A DNA stretch of 60,237 bases, taken from Folioceros fuciformis (Eukaryota). A model generated the notes under the pieces. The model saw nothing but the letters and a program-made list of their open reading frames with translations, was not told where the DNA came from and searched no databases. The stretch covers positions 86,110 through 146,346 of the forward strand of contig JBNGIO010006336.1 in the NCBI GenBank assembly GCA_049999805.1, in the 5' to 3' direction. Each line of letters opens with the position of its first letter. Position 1 is the stretch's first letter. The position numbers and the translations under genes are program-made. Shown here one piece after another: positions 13,511 through 26,159 of this stretch.

Positions 13511-14301
13511 ATGAAGGGCGGATGGATACGAGGGCAAGGGCGGGGGCGAGAGCGAGAGCGAGGGCGGTATGCACAGCAGGCGGATTCAGACGGCGACGAG
13601 GAGGAGCAACAGCAGCGGCAGGAGGGGAAGAAGGCGGTGCCGGCTTTGCGAAGGGTCCGGACCAGCACGCCGCAGGTTGGCGAGGCAAGCAGCGGCAGGG
13701 CCAAAGGTACCAGTTCCCGGGAGCAGCCAAAGAAGGCGAGCAATCAGAACCAGGAGCAAGCCCAAGCTGCGCATCAGCAAGCAGTTCTGCAGAGCCTGGC
13801 AACGTGAGGGACAAAGCGTACGCGCATTTGGCAGGTTTCGTGCGCCTCTATTCTTCCTCGGGACTGGAATGTGTGACGGAATTCGTTTCTGGCTGCCATA
13901 GGTACCTGGAAGGGGAGCTCATGGTGCGCTTGAAGGCCTTCGCGGAACTCACTGCTGAGGTAACAATTTGAGCACCGAGTCGAAGTCGTGCTCGAGTTTT
14001 TGGTAATATTCCACAGGTACGTCCCGTTGCAGGTGGAGTCCGTGAGCAACGAGCGTCTTTTCTATCGTGACAAATTGCGTCAGATCGAAAAGGTGAGCAC
14101 TACAAATTACAAGCTCATTGCACACCTGACGTCGAAGGATATAGTCACACTATGATAACAAAACTGTTGGCCGGGCAGGTGTGCGAGAAAGCACAACCAC
14201 TGGGCTCGGCAGTTCCGCTAGTCGAATCTGTGCTAGCCATACTGAGGACAACTGCCGACCAGCCTCACATTTCCACCAGAGACGGCAGCAACGGCAGGTA
14301 G
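13511..14301 (+). CDS. ~177-aa protein with a disordered R/Q-rich N-terminus and an EB1-like C-terminal (EBH) domain, no CH domain. Exons 13511-13803, 13902-13959, 14033-14092, 14179-14301
   Basis: Three GT-AG introns splice in phase to give ...LTAEVESVSNERLFYRDKLRQIEKVCEKAQPLGSAVPLVESVLAILRTT, which resembles the EB1 C-terminal signature (E.ERDFYF.KLR.IE..CQ...V..IL). Confidence 0.7.
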
Positions 14302-14464
14302 TAGCCTCTGCTCAAACACCCCTAGCAGGTGTCAGCCAACCACAACATTGAAGGGGCCAAAGGCAAGCAGACAAATTGCTGCCGCTATTGCTGCTGTTCG
14401 AGCAGCAAGAAGAATGTAACACCTACATATTACCTAATACTACTCCAGCTGCTACAGCGACAAC

Positions 14465-15370
14465 TCAACCTTCAAGTTCCTTGCCCACGAAGGGCTTGTG
14501 TGCGAACTCCTCCTCCTCCTTGGGGGAGTGGATGGTCACCATATCAGGGAGAGGCGTCATGGGACCCTGCTTGCCCTTGGGATCCCAGTCCAGCATAATC
14601 TTCACCTTGATACCCAGCACGCCCTGCCGGAGCAGCACGTGCCTCACAGCGCTGTCGATGTACTCGTTCACCGGGCTGCCTGAGGAGATCATGTAGCCGT
14701 CCTTGAACTTCATAGACTTGGCTCGCTGCGCACGAAGCTTGCCGCTCACAATCACCTCACAACCCTTAGCCCCGCTCTCCATGATGAACCTGAGCACTCC
14801 ATAGCAGGCCCTGCGCACCGCCAGCCCGCCCAGCAGCTTGTAGCGCAGAGACTCGGCCTGCGCAATGGCGCACAGCCCCCGGTTGTTCACCTTCTCCGCG
14901 TACAGCTCCACCGTACCCTCGGGGAAGCTGAATCGCTTTTGAACGGCGGAGGTGAGCTCCCGGATGCGCCTCCCCTTCTCTCCCAGCACGTTCTGAGTGC
15001 GGGTGGCCCGAATGATGATTTCGGTGCGCATGGGCGTCACCCGAACCTCCACCCCCGAGTACCCATCCTCCGCCAGCTCCCTTGTCAGCATCTCATTCAG
15101 CTCCGCGAAGAAAACTCCATCCGCCACGAACTGCAAATCCGTCCCACCCGCCAGAGTCTCAAAACACACACAAGGACACACAGAAGACAGCACCACCAAC
15201 GCAACCAAAAAACCCTTGCAGCATCCAGCGTCCATGCATCCCCACCCGGCGGCGACGAATTCAGCGACATCAGCACACTGCAAAGTCTACTCGAAACCGA
15301 ATTCAGCTGCAAATTCACAGGACAATTCCGCAAATCCGACCTTCCTCTTCTTGCTCATCTGAGTAGCCAT
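14465..15370 (-). CDS. RPS3: 40S ribosomal protein uS3. Exons 15370-15341 and 15130-14465
   Basis: [70 protein letters not shown]... Confidence 0.98.
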
Positions 15371-15471
15371 GGCTGCCGATGAATCGAAACAAACGGTGGT
15401 GCTGCTGTCGACGCCCGCGTACACCAGCGGAAAGAGAACCTAGTCGGGGACCCCATCCTTCTTAAAGCTAG

Positions 15472-15484
15472 CCCTAACCCTAAA
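15472..15484. promoter_or_regulatory. Telo-box-like element upstream of RPS3
   Basis: CCCTAACCCTAAA about 100 nt upstream of the RPS3 ATG. Telo-boxes are typical of plant ribosomal-protein promoters. Confidence 0.45.
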
Positions 15485-16887
15485 ATAGAGCTGTGCAGTT
15501 TCGAGGAACGAGGAACACCGATGAAAGTGTTTTAGTAGGTACATAATAGTTTGTATGTATAAACAACCGCCGGATTTCTAATGCTGATCCAGCTTTCGGG
15601 AGCCTCGGTAGCGGAAAACTGTATGGAGTGAGCAGGATTCGTGCTCCGAAGGCTTCTTGGAGAAGTAGCCTCGGACAGTTTGAAACCTGCAAGCTACTTT
15701 TGAGGGTTTGGGAACGCCCGCTGCCCTAGAAAAATTCAAGCCTGTAAATCTTTCCGATCCTCTGATACCAGCTTCCCGAGGTTTGTAAGCAAAGGTGCTC
15801 GCTGCAACTGTTCTAAAAAGTCATCCAATGAAGACGCAGGGATTGCCGTTTCTTTTCTTGCGAAGATGTGTAGCAAGCAGTCAATCATGACTTGGATCGG
15901 CCCTGGACAAGGCGAAGGTACTTAGAATGTGATGGTGTGAAATTTATTGGATGATGGGAGGCGAGACGTCGCTGTCAAGTGGCAGGATTGTGAGGTTCCG
16001 CACACATATAGGACGGATGCTCGATTTGTGAGGTTCTCCACGCAGACATGCCGGAGAGCGGGAATGAGTGCAACAGGTTTGATGATACGAGAGTGCGATG
16101 CATCGTAGTACTGGCCTGAACTACATCATTTCCGCATCTTTCACGACAAATGCAGTGGACAACTTGTTGGCAGGAGAGCGGAGACACGCCAAGACGCCGA
16201 CGACTCCTGCCCTCTCAACACCATGGCATGGCCTCCTCTTCAGGAGGAAAGATTAGGTCACGGAATTGTGGAGTATCATGCCCCGAACGCTGTCCTATGA
16301 TGCGTCGGGTGATAAGTATGCTGGATGTCTGTTTCTGTCCGGTTGGTACCGCACTACGGTAGCGATGGATGGTGACAGTGCTCCACGCTTCATCACAAAT
16401 TTCTAACGGAAGGGCCTGGCTACAGCCACTGGATCACGTGAGTTAGTGTGAGAAGGACTAAGGACTCGGGATTTGGGAGCCTAGAAGCCTGGAGGCAGTG
16501 CTTGAGTGTGGAATTCCAGGAGCAAGTTATGTGTACACATGTGCAGAAGGCGAGAGATGAACAGGGTTATCTAAAACCGTCACATGATCGGTGACCTACC
16601 CAGCCTCCCGGGTGAGCAGCTGACAAATCCTATTTGACAGAACAAAGTGGAAGCCGGCAACCCTATTTGAAAGAAGAAAGTGGCACCGACCAAGCCCAAG
16701 TGTTGACAGATAACCCGCAGATACCTAGACGTGCTGATATCATACTGTTCCTGAGTCCCCAAAGGGAGACACACACCACTGTGAGAGCGGCAAGCAGTAG
16801 AGTTGTGCAAGGTGCAAGTGCAGCATGCCCATCATGAGGGGACGGGACGGCCAAGGCGTCCAAAACGTGAGTTCTACTCTTCGGTGG

Positions 16888-16954
16888 CCGGAGCCGGAGC
16901 CTGGGCCTGAGCCTGGGCCCTGAGCCTGGGCCTGGGTCTGGGTCTGGGTCTGGG
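16888..16954. repeat. Compound hexanucleotide repeat (CGGAGC/CTGGGC/CTGAGC/CTGGGT)
   Basis: Direct reading: gccggagcctgggcctgagcctgggccctgagcctgggcctgggtctgggtctgggtctggg. Confidence 0.85.
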
Positions 16955-17498
16955 CGCCGGGGCAGGAGTAGGAGCAGGGACGGGAACTGGAGCTGGACTT
17001 GGAATTGCTTGAGCTCTGCTCTGTTGAGGCTGCTGCTGCTATTGGATTGTTTGAGGTCAGAGAGCGCACACCCGGTGCATGGTGCTAACCGGCCATGAGG
17101 TGTCGTGCCGATGCTAGTCCATGTTTGTGGTGCAGTCGGTTGGAGCACCACCGGTTTGTCATTCTGGTTGCACTTCCGTCTTAATCGGAGTGTTCCACTT
17201 CTGCCCGACGTAAGTTCACCTAAACTCCTGAGGCTGTACCGTTCCCCGCAAGTTAACCTGGGCTTATACCAATGCAAGCCATAGCCCTGGCCTAGCCTGC
17301 CCTACCCTTTCCTGACTTTGCACCCGGGATTTGAGGGCTCCGGAGTTGCGAGATTCGCCGGGAACCTCTCCCTGAATACCACCTTACCTTACCTGTGCAG
17401 GTGGGAATACTACAATGCTGCACCAGTCTATCACGCTGTCCAGGGCATTACATTTCACCCTAGTGTCCATCCCAGCGACACCTCACACTGTTAAGGAC

Positions 17499-17598
17499 NN
17501 NNNNNNNNNNNNNNNNNNNNNNNNNNNNNNNNNNNNNNNNNNNNNNNNNNNNNNNNNNNNNNNNNNNNNNNNNNNNNNNNNNNNNNNNNNNNNNNNNN
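17499..17598. other. Assembly gap (100 N)
   Basis: Run of exactly 100 N. Confidence 1.
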
Positions 17599-19617
17599 TG
17601 AGATTCATCCCCTGTACCTCACAGCTTTTCATGCCTGTTTCATCCTCATCACGTGTTTTATGCTTGCTGCGCTGCAGCTGGACCCGTAGCGTGTGTCACC
17701 TCACAGCAAGCCCCCGCAACCACAGGCCTTCCGCATCGGTTTAGTCACCCTTGCCGGGCGTCCAACGTGATTCCCTCCGGGTTGCGGCTCCGATTATGGA
17801 CTTTTACCTGCCCCAGACTACCGACTTGCTCCTCCTCTCCTGACCTACTTTGCCACCAAACCCATGAATTGATTCAAGGAGATGTTCCCTCTCTCCACAC
17901 CATGTCACGGACTGTATGTTTTCCATCCGTCAGGCAGGATAGTAACGGCGGGTGCTGGTTCCATCCATACCTCCAATCAGGTCATGCCATCCAACCGCAA
18001 TAACTGCAGTGGATGATGTGAGGAAGGAGTGGCGGAGGAGGCTAGATCCCGAGCAGCAGCCACGCCACGCCACGCCTCGCCTTGCCATGCCTTGCCTCGC
18101 GCCGCGCATCAGGCTCACAGGCCATTGACGGAAAACTGACTGCCCAGCACCGTGATCGTCCCAACCCAACCGCTAGCCCCGAAACCCTAAACGTGTCGAG
18201 GGCGACGGAACGCAAACGGCTAACTGCCAGTCGAGCCTGTCGAAACTGTTGCCTGTCAAACCAAAGTGTGACTGTTCGACCGGAATGAGGCGGCGTCCCC
18301 TCGTCCATTGGGGGATGGGACGTCGCTCTCTCTCTCTCTCTCTCTTGTTCCATTTTGCCCTCGTCTTTTGTCTGATGCTGCTCTTCTGCGTCTGTCGCTG
18401 GGAATCGGATGGATCCAGCCTGTCATTGTCTAGCCACACAGGGAGCCAGGACGCCGACGACGACGGAAAATGGGATTTGTTTTGTACATGTTTTCTGAGG
18501 TCATCTAAGCTCCTGGAGCAATTCCTCCCTCTCATAGACCAATGCAACAACAGTTTGCTCTGTCACAGTGGGGGCATACAAATGGTGAGGTGAGGAGGGA
18601 TGGAGAGGGGGCCAGGCAGCTCTGGGTAGTCGAAATGATGGCTACCGCTGCCTGAGGCCTAGGCCTGTCAGCCATCAACCCGTACCAGCCATGTCTTCCA
18701 GCGGCCGCTCCGAAAGGCGGAAGGGGCGCTCATAGCGTTGCAGGCTGTACTGTACTGTACTGCAGTACTGTTGCGAGGGTGTCAGGCTGGTTCCGTCTTG
18801 GGCCTACTCCTCCTACTCCTACTCCCGCCCGCGGCTGCTGCTGCTGCATCTGCACTTGATACAGTTGCCCTCGGCCTCCGATTCCCCTGCTATGCCATAC
18901 CACTACCACTAGTAGGTAGTTTGGCTGCTGGGCCAGCCTGACAGACAAATCTGGAATCTCCATGGCTGTCGCTACGGGTGTCTGCAGGCAGGCTCACCGC
19001 CCACCTGTTTGACTATGCCCCAAGAGAAGAGGAAGAGGAAGAGGAAGAGGAAAAGAAAGGTATTGTGGAAAGGGTTCCGGAGGACAGCCACAACAATCCC
19101 AAGGGGGCCAATGCAGGAATTTTGATCCAAGCTTCTCCCGTGCCAGTACCTACCGTGCGGGTATCGTGACACCACACCACATGACGCGCAACAAGTGCTT
19201 TCACCCAGCTCCTTCTTCTTCTCCGAGTCCCAGGTCTCTCTGCCCAACCAGATTCGGCCAGACAGTAGTGGTCGGCTAGCTTTTGCAAAGCCTGGTAACC
19301 TGCCTGCTGCTGTTGCAAATGCCATTCGCCATTGCCTTCGCGCCTGCGTTTGCCTTGCCGTCTTCATCTTCATCTCCATCTCCATCTCTTCTCTCACTTG
19401 TCACGTCTGCGTCTGCTCCTTTCATCCTTTCTTTCTAGACTCCTCCCGCTCGGGCCTGCTGCTGCTGCTGCTCCTTTTGGTCGGATCTGCCGTATATATA
19501 ATTAGATGAAATTGCCTTCTCTCGGGCATCATTCCGCCTTCGGGAGTGTGTCCCAGGCCTGCTGCAGTCCTGCCGGGCGCCCGCTTCCGCCTGCACACAC
19601 TCACTGCAAACCAAAGC

Positions 19618-19668
19618 AGCGCAGTGCAGTGCAGTGCAGTGCAGTGCAGTGCAGCAGTGCAGCAGTGC
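19618..19668. repeat. (GCAGT)n pentanucleotide microsatellite
   Basis: gcagtgcagtgcagt... about 6 perfect copies plus interrupted copies. Confidence 0.9.
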
Positions 19669-20778
19669 GGTTCTGTCCGGTGGAGTCTGACAGTAGTGCA
19701 CCCTGCACCGTCCCCCAGTCCAGTCCGGATTGCAGTGCTGTGTGCCGTGCTTCTGCTTTGCCTTCCTTTGCTCTCTGCTCTGCTACTGACGGTGTGTTTG
19801 GCATTGCATTGCGATTGCATTTCGTCCTGTGAAACCATGTCCCGCTGCTCACTCATCTGATCAATCCATGCATATGGATGCTCCCTTCCCACGGCTGCTG
19901 CTGCCTTGTACCATCGCTTTGGTAATCATTCTTGGCCATTCGGACTACTAGCTGCCAGTGGGCAGATAGAGTTCCATTGTCAGTGTATGATCTGATTCTT
20001 CTCCCGCACTTGCACTCGTAAGTTTCCCAGTCTGGAGTGTGTGGACTGTTTTCAATCTATGTGCTCCGACTTCTCTGCAATTCATCCACTGCCAGCCTGC
20101 CTCGAGTGCTCACTCAGTCAGGATACGTTCTCAGGTTTTTTACGTCTACATCTTGAATGTGGCTGCAGCTGACAGTGTCGGCACCTTGGATACGAAGGTA
20201 TTGTGCGCAAGCTTATGTGAGCGCAGTGACATTTTGTGGGTCTCTCATATACGCTCAGACCTGGTTACTTGTCACGAGCAATTGAGGCCAGGCTCAGGCT
20301 CATCAGGCTCAGGCTGAGAGCTGAGAGCAGAAGGGGCGTCTAGTGTGCCACCTCTCCTTGCCTTCTCCTTGGAACTCCGTGGCATCAGCTGAGCAGGCTG
20401 CCCAAGCTTGCATCTGCTAGACTGGCCTGGAAACCGCTCCCTCGGCTGACTCAAGACATTTGCTCCCTCCCAATTAGCGGAGTCCCTTCGGCCTCTCCTC
20501 CACAACATCATCGCCGAATGCCAAGCAGCAGATCTGGCGGTCACTGACAGCTCCGCCTTGAAGTTCGCCCCAGCGCATTTGAGTTAGCAAGCCAGTCTGA
20601 GGGGAAACCTGCAGCTCAATCCCCCTCGGCAGATCTCTTCGTACAGTACCCGTGCTCCGACGGGATGTTGCAGCAGTGGATTTGAGAATTCGAGGAAATC
20701 CAGAGCCCCGTGGCTGCAACAGGACCACGTTACGCTCCGTATACACACGCAGTAGGAGCTACAGTTATCGTGGTCACC

Positions 20779-23760
20779 ATGGTAAGCTCCCGTGAATGAC
20801 ATATTATCTCCTGTCAGACTGCTCTCTGGAAGCAAAAAAAGGGCATGCAAAAGATTTGACGCGCAGGCCTCTCACAAGCAGACTTATTGCATGTTTATTG
20901 AGCTCGGATGACAAGGCTGCTGCTTGCAACTCTTGACTTGTGCGCAGGCCCCTTATATAGCAGACGGACGTGAAAACAGCAGCAGCGCTGTGGCACCACT
21001 ACAAGCAGCGGAAATCAACTCCAACGGCAGCATCAAGCTGGTTGCCAGCGACGAGCACCCTGCCTTCAAGGAGTTGCAGCTCACAATCGATGGCTGTGAG
21101 CTGGACAAGTCCAAGCTGCAGGCCCCAGGTGACGACGAGCCTGCGGACCCCGGCCTGGTGGAGGACGGAGCAGTGGACATCCATGGCGGCCCAGTGTACA
21201 GATCCAAGACAGGCAACTGGAAGGCCTGCATTCCAATTTTCGGTAAGCTCTTGTACCTCGCCCGGCCCCGGCCCAGGCCTCACCTCACCTGAAACATGTC
21301 GTGTCTGAGAGACGTCAAAACTTAAAAAACTAGAGAAAGATTAATGCATAGAGATGATATCAGATAGAACGGTGCACACATCTCGATGCTTTACGGTGTA
21401 CGATGGTTTACGATTTTTCCGATCCTAAGCTTGCATGCATGGACATGGAAAATGCAAATGCACATGCTGCAGGCTGCGAAGTGTGCGAGAGGGTGGCATT
21501 CTACTCCATCACCTCCAACCTCGTCACCTACTTGACAACAGTGCTACACGAGAACGTTGCGGAGAGTGCCAGAAATGTGAACAACATCACTGGAACCACC
21601 TTCCTCACTCCCCTGTTTGGAGCATTTATAGCGGACGCGTACCTGGGCCGCTTCTGGACCATCGCCGTCTTCTTGTGTGGCTACTTCCTGGTAAATACTG
21701 GAAAAACTTGCTGCTCTGAGTCTTCCAATCTTCTCAAATCGGCGACGATTCATGACAATTCGAAACCTCTTCTGTCCTGTCTTGTCCCGTTCTGCAGGCA
21801 CTCATCTTCGTCACAATGGCTGTCACCATTCCTTCGCTGAAACCTCCAGAATGCAGCAGCCCAACCTGCCCAAGGGCCACAAGGTTCCAAGTTGGATTCT
21901 TCTACTTTGCCCTCTACCTCATGGCCCTGGGCGCAGGTGGGATCAAGGCATGCGTCTCCACCTTCGCCGGGGATCAATTTGACGAGACTGACGAGAGAGA
22001 GAGCATGAGGAAGAAGTCGTTTCCTAACTGGTGGTTTGTGAGCATCAGTTTCGGGACCATGCTCTCTGTCAGCATCCTGGTGTACGTTCAGGTTGGTCAC
22101 CTTCACCACAAGCAGCGGCCTCAGAGGAACCAGTCAATTCTGCCCAACAAGCTCACACTGTATATAACACCTGCCTTGAAATCACGCTATGCTGCCTGCA
22201 GGTACACGCCGGCTGGTCGTGGGGTTATGGCGCGCCGGCTGTGGTTACAGGAATCTGCACGGGCCTGTTCCTGCTGGCCACCCCCTTATACCGGCACCAA
22301 ATACCATCAGGCAGCCCTCTCACACGAGTGGCTCAGGTTATAATTGCAGCATTTCGGAAGTGGAAGGTGACGGTACCTGTACATCAGGAGCTCCTGTACG
22401 AGGTGGAAGACAAGGAATGTTCTTCTCCGCGCGTTAGGAAATTGCCTCACAGCACAGAGTTCTCGTAAGTAACAAGCTCCGCTCCTTCATGAATTCAGGA
22501 CTGCTCATTATTCAAACTTCCTGCCACTACATCCTGGATCTGCCAACTGCGGCAGCGGCAGCCTCTAATGCACCTCTCAACTGCAGGTTTCTGGACAAGG
22601 CGGCAACCGCAACTACGGAAGACGAGGCCGTCATACTCCGACTACCCAATGGGGACGCCCCTCCTGTGACAGCTCCATCAATCAACCCCTGGCGACTATG
22701 CACAGTTACACAAGTGGAGGAAGTGAAGCTGTTGATCAGGCAGCTACCCATTTGGTTCACCAACTTAATGTTTTCGGCAGTGTTCGCCCAAGTAGGGACC
22801 TTGTTTCTGAGCCAAGGTTCCACCATGGATAGGAGCATGGGACCCAACTTCAAAATCCCAGCGGCATCCTTCCCTCTCTTCATCACGCTCACCATCTGTA
22901 TCTTTCTGCCACTCTATGACAAGTACTTCGTGCGGTTTGCACGCACCTTCACCGGAGATGAACGGGGCTTGACTATGTTGCAGCGAATCGGAGTGGGTCA
23001 GGTAACTACAATCCTTGCCACGTGCTGTTCCAAAAACTCTGCCATTTCACTGACACACCAAAACATTCATAATTGGTCAGGGTGCTGATCACAAAACTTG
23101 ACGGCCGTGCAACAGGTGATTTCAACAATTTCCATAGGCATAGCGGCACTTGTAGAAATCAAGAGGCTGAAGGTGGCCAGGGAGCACGGCCTGCTGGACA
23201 TGCCGCAGGAGGTTGTTCCCATGTCCATATTCTGGCTTCTCCCCCAGTACACTATCACTGGCTTCTCCGAGGTATTTATCTCTGTAGGACAACTAGAGTT
23301 TTTCTACGACCAGGCACCTGACACAATGCGCAGCGTCGGGACAGCTCTCTATCTCAGCACCGTTGCTGTCGGGAGCTACTGTAGCAGTCTACTTGTGACT
23401 GTGGTTACCCGAATCTCTTCCCCAAATGATAGCACCGGGGGCTGGATTGGGAACAACCTCAACAGAAGCCATTTAGACTACTTCTATTGGTTACTCACCA
23501 TACTTAGCACCCTCAACTTCTTCATATACTTGGCCTGCGCCCACTGGTACACGTACAAGAGTATTCCAGGGAACCTCAGCGCAAGGAGGTCGTCGGAGAG
23601 GGCAGCTTCCAAGGTGATCATACGATATGTGGATCCGACTACCAAGGGCATAGTGCAATACATCAATCCTGTGACTACTACAGAGCTGCAGACCCTCAGC
23701 AACATTTCACCCAGGCAGGAGCGACAAAGTCCAGACCTTTCACCTCTTCGCCTCTTCTAG
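20779..23760 (+). CDS. NRT1/PTR family (NPF) proton-coupled transporter, probably NPF8/PTR-like. About 7 exons; the first coding exon is probably the ATG alone (20779-20781)
   Basis: TGNWKAC..IFG|CEVCERVAFY (ExxER motif), ADAYLGRFWTI, ALGAGGIKACVSTFAGDQFD, GSPLTRVAQV, FLDKAA, WRLCTVTQVEEVK, GQLEFFYDQAPDTMRS, HLDYFYWLL. Confidence 0.93.
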
Positions 23761-25469
23761 TATAATTTTTGAGACGCGCAGATGATTGTCTGAGGTCTTA
23801 TCTCAGGGAGAGCCCTGCGGCAGGCAGACAGGCAGTGAGGATTCTTCCATTCGGGGCCAAGTTTCAACAAAAGAGTGTCCCAAGAGCAGGAAAGCGCACA
23901 AATTACGGCATCGACCATTGTGTATATGCGGGATATAGGTGAGCATTTACCAGTCCATAGGAAGTCTACTTGAAATTTTTACCTCTAGTTCACTCTTTAA
24001 ACTAGAAACCGTGATAGCACCGCATGCTTTGGCACCTCTAGAAAGAAGGTGCTTGTAACCCATCTAGACCACAACATAAACTTTTCCTAGTCACTCTGTA
24101 AGCTTAAAACCCCAATTTAAAATTGGCAATCACTTAGCTCACGTCTTCTTTTTCTTTTTGGGGCCTGCTACTACCCAGCCCCCAGATAGCAAAGAATGAG
24201 ATTACGTCAGGCTTTCTTACCATACATACGCCTGCACAGATTCCTTTCTTCTGCTTCGTCCCCGGACGCATCCTTTAGAGCACAAAATGTAGTTACAGAT
24301 GGTTCAGATCACTCCGGTGCCCACGTAGCTGCAGCTGCACTGCTGGTATCAGCATTTCTCCTGGAATAGATTCTCAGACACGAGTTACAGATGAAAGTGT
24401 TACATCAATCTGAACTTGTGGGCCATTGATGTCACCAGGTGCTGACTCATGGCATTCTAGCAATGACAGCATCTCACAAGCTATACCGGATGAGAGCAAT
24501 GCGCGAGACCCAGACCGATCCTCTACACCAAACAAGTCCCCAAGTCATGGCACACACACTCTCACGGTTTCGTGGAAGGCCCAGGTTTCGATGCTCAACG
24601 CAGGAGCAACAGGTCGAGTGAAGAACAGCTCTGAGAGAAAACTTTTGGCACACAACAAGTATTTGGAAACTGCAAATTGAACAAGGAAGACACGCAGGCC
24701 CCGGATACAATGTCCCGACCCAGAAACTCACCACCTGGGTTAAAAGATATCAAAGAAGGGTACTGATGCTGTAGGGACAGAACATGTCCACAGTGGACAA
24801 CACGAAGACAGCTCCCTGGCTGAAACCCTAGCTTTACCAAGTACAGTACATTCTCGTCATGATTCGATCAAAAAGCCCTAGGCACGGGAGTCAGGTCAAG
24901 AGGCCTGCCAGGGCGGAGTGTGCATTCCACACGAGGTAAACAAACAAGAGATACAACACACCGTGCATCGTCCTACAGCAGCTGTAATGCATCACAAACT
25001 TACAGCTACATGCCACTGCCAAGTGGCAGGAAGATGCTGGAAGATGGGCGGGCAGCAGCACTTTGCGGAGAATCTTGACAAGCCCTCGCAAAAGAAACCG
25101 CCACAAGCTTATAGGATGCAGTTTTGGCGCCAAAAACATACTTTCAACCAGCCTACTGCTCCCTAACCAAATGTGGCCCGTTAATGTCTTTCCCCTCTAC
25201 TTCCACTCCCACAGATACGTCACCGTCAAAACCCTATCTATGCCTACCTACCTCAAACAGGCATCGGTGCATGAATTCCTATTCCAGATCTGCAGTCTCG
25301 GACAACCAGGCTCAATCCTTCGGATCTCCTGAATCGATCCAATCCTTCAGCTCCGGACTCCATGCCCCCGATACAATCTTCCATCTTCCGTATAAATCCT
25401 TTACTGAATCCACTGGCTTCCCGATGAAGAGAGGGGCAGGACGCAGCAATCAGGACCTGGCAGCAGCAT

Positions 25470-26159
25470 CTAAGCCAGGGCGATGTGATCTCCGCTCTGC
25501 TGGCCGGCAGCCAATCTCTCCAGCAGGGCGCGGGCATGTAGCTGCACCTCATGATCTTCCTCCGCAGCAGCAGCTGCGGCCTGCACCACGGCCTCTCCTC
25601 CAGTCACGCTGCGCACCGCCTCGAGCCCCGCGTCACACTGCACCAGGTTGGCCAGAACCTCCAGAGCGGCGCGCCGAGTCTTGTCATCAGGCGCTGTGTG
25701 CAACATACGCATCAAGGGGGGCACTGCACCTGCCTCCACCACGAACTTTCGCCTCTCGTCCTTGTAGGCCATGAGGTTGAGTCTGTAGGCTCCGCTGCGC
25801 TGCATAAAGGGATCCTCGCATCGCACCTGCCCGATGGCTGGCCGCACCCAGCTGTCTCCCATGCTAATCATCACGTTCATGGTGCCGTACAGCAGCGGCA
25901 CTCCCAGTGCCACCTTCATGATCCCTAGCACCATGCGATGCATTCGGGAGATGGTTTCCTTGTTGGGATCCTCTTCCGGCACCTCCTCTTCCAGCCCTTC
26001 ATCAGAAGCATCATCTGTTTGCGCCTGCCCTTCAGCATCCGCCTTTGCTGACAAGGGCCGTAGCAACAGCCTGCTGCGAGTAGCGTCGATTTCGCAGATT
26101 TTCTTACAACCCAGCGCTCTTGCCAAGGAGGAGAATACCCGGAGCCTGGCTAGCGCCAT
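25470..26159 (-). CDS. Armadillo/HEAT-repeat-like protein with an N-terminal organellar targeting-like peptide and one hydrophobic segment; single exon, 229 aa
   Basis: MALARLRVFSSLARAL... start; ARM-like RRKFVVEAGAVPPLMRML...RRAALEVLANL segment. Confidence 0.7.
   Translation of the reverse strand: MALARLRVFSSLARALGCKKICEIDATRSRLLLRPLSAKADAEGQAQTDDASDEGLEEEVPEEDPNKETISRMHRMVLGIMKVALGVPLLYGTMNVMISMGDSWVRPAIGQVRCEDPFMQRSGAYRLNLMAYKDERRKFVVEAGAVPPLMRMLHTAPDDKTRRAALEVLANLVQCDAGLEAVRSVTGGEAVVQAAAAAAEEDHEVQLHARALLERLAAGQQSGDHIALA

Noticed and set aside
15760-15770. TGGTATCAGAG (minus strand), resembling a tRNA-iMet primer-binding site of LTR retrotransposons
   Set aside because: Only 11 nt, not preceded by an LTR ...CA end, and no gag/pol or paired LTR is visible.
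15920-16130. Fragments such as LECDG/EIYWMMGG..GRIVRF suggestive of an F-box-associated pseudogene
   Set aside because: It needs frameshifts, the similarity is too weak to support by eye, and no F-box motif was found.
18432-18452. ACAGGGAGCCAGG core resembling a miR160 complementary site
   Set aside because: About 5 mismatches over 21 nt, no hairpin and no ARF context; compatible with chance.
18314-18593. Small ORF MGRRSLSLSLLFHFALVFCLMLLFCVC... resembling a secreted peptide
   Set aside because: The hydrophobic start derives from a (CT)n and pyrimidine-rich tract; no recognisable peptide-hormone motif.
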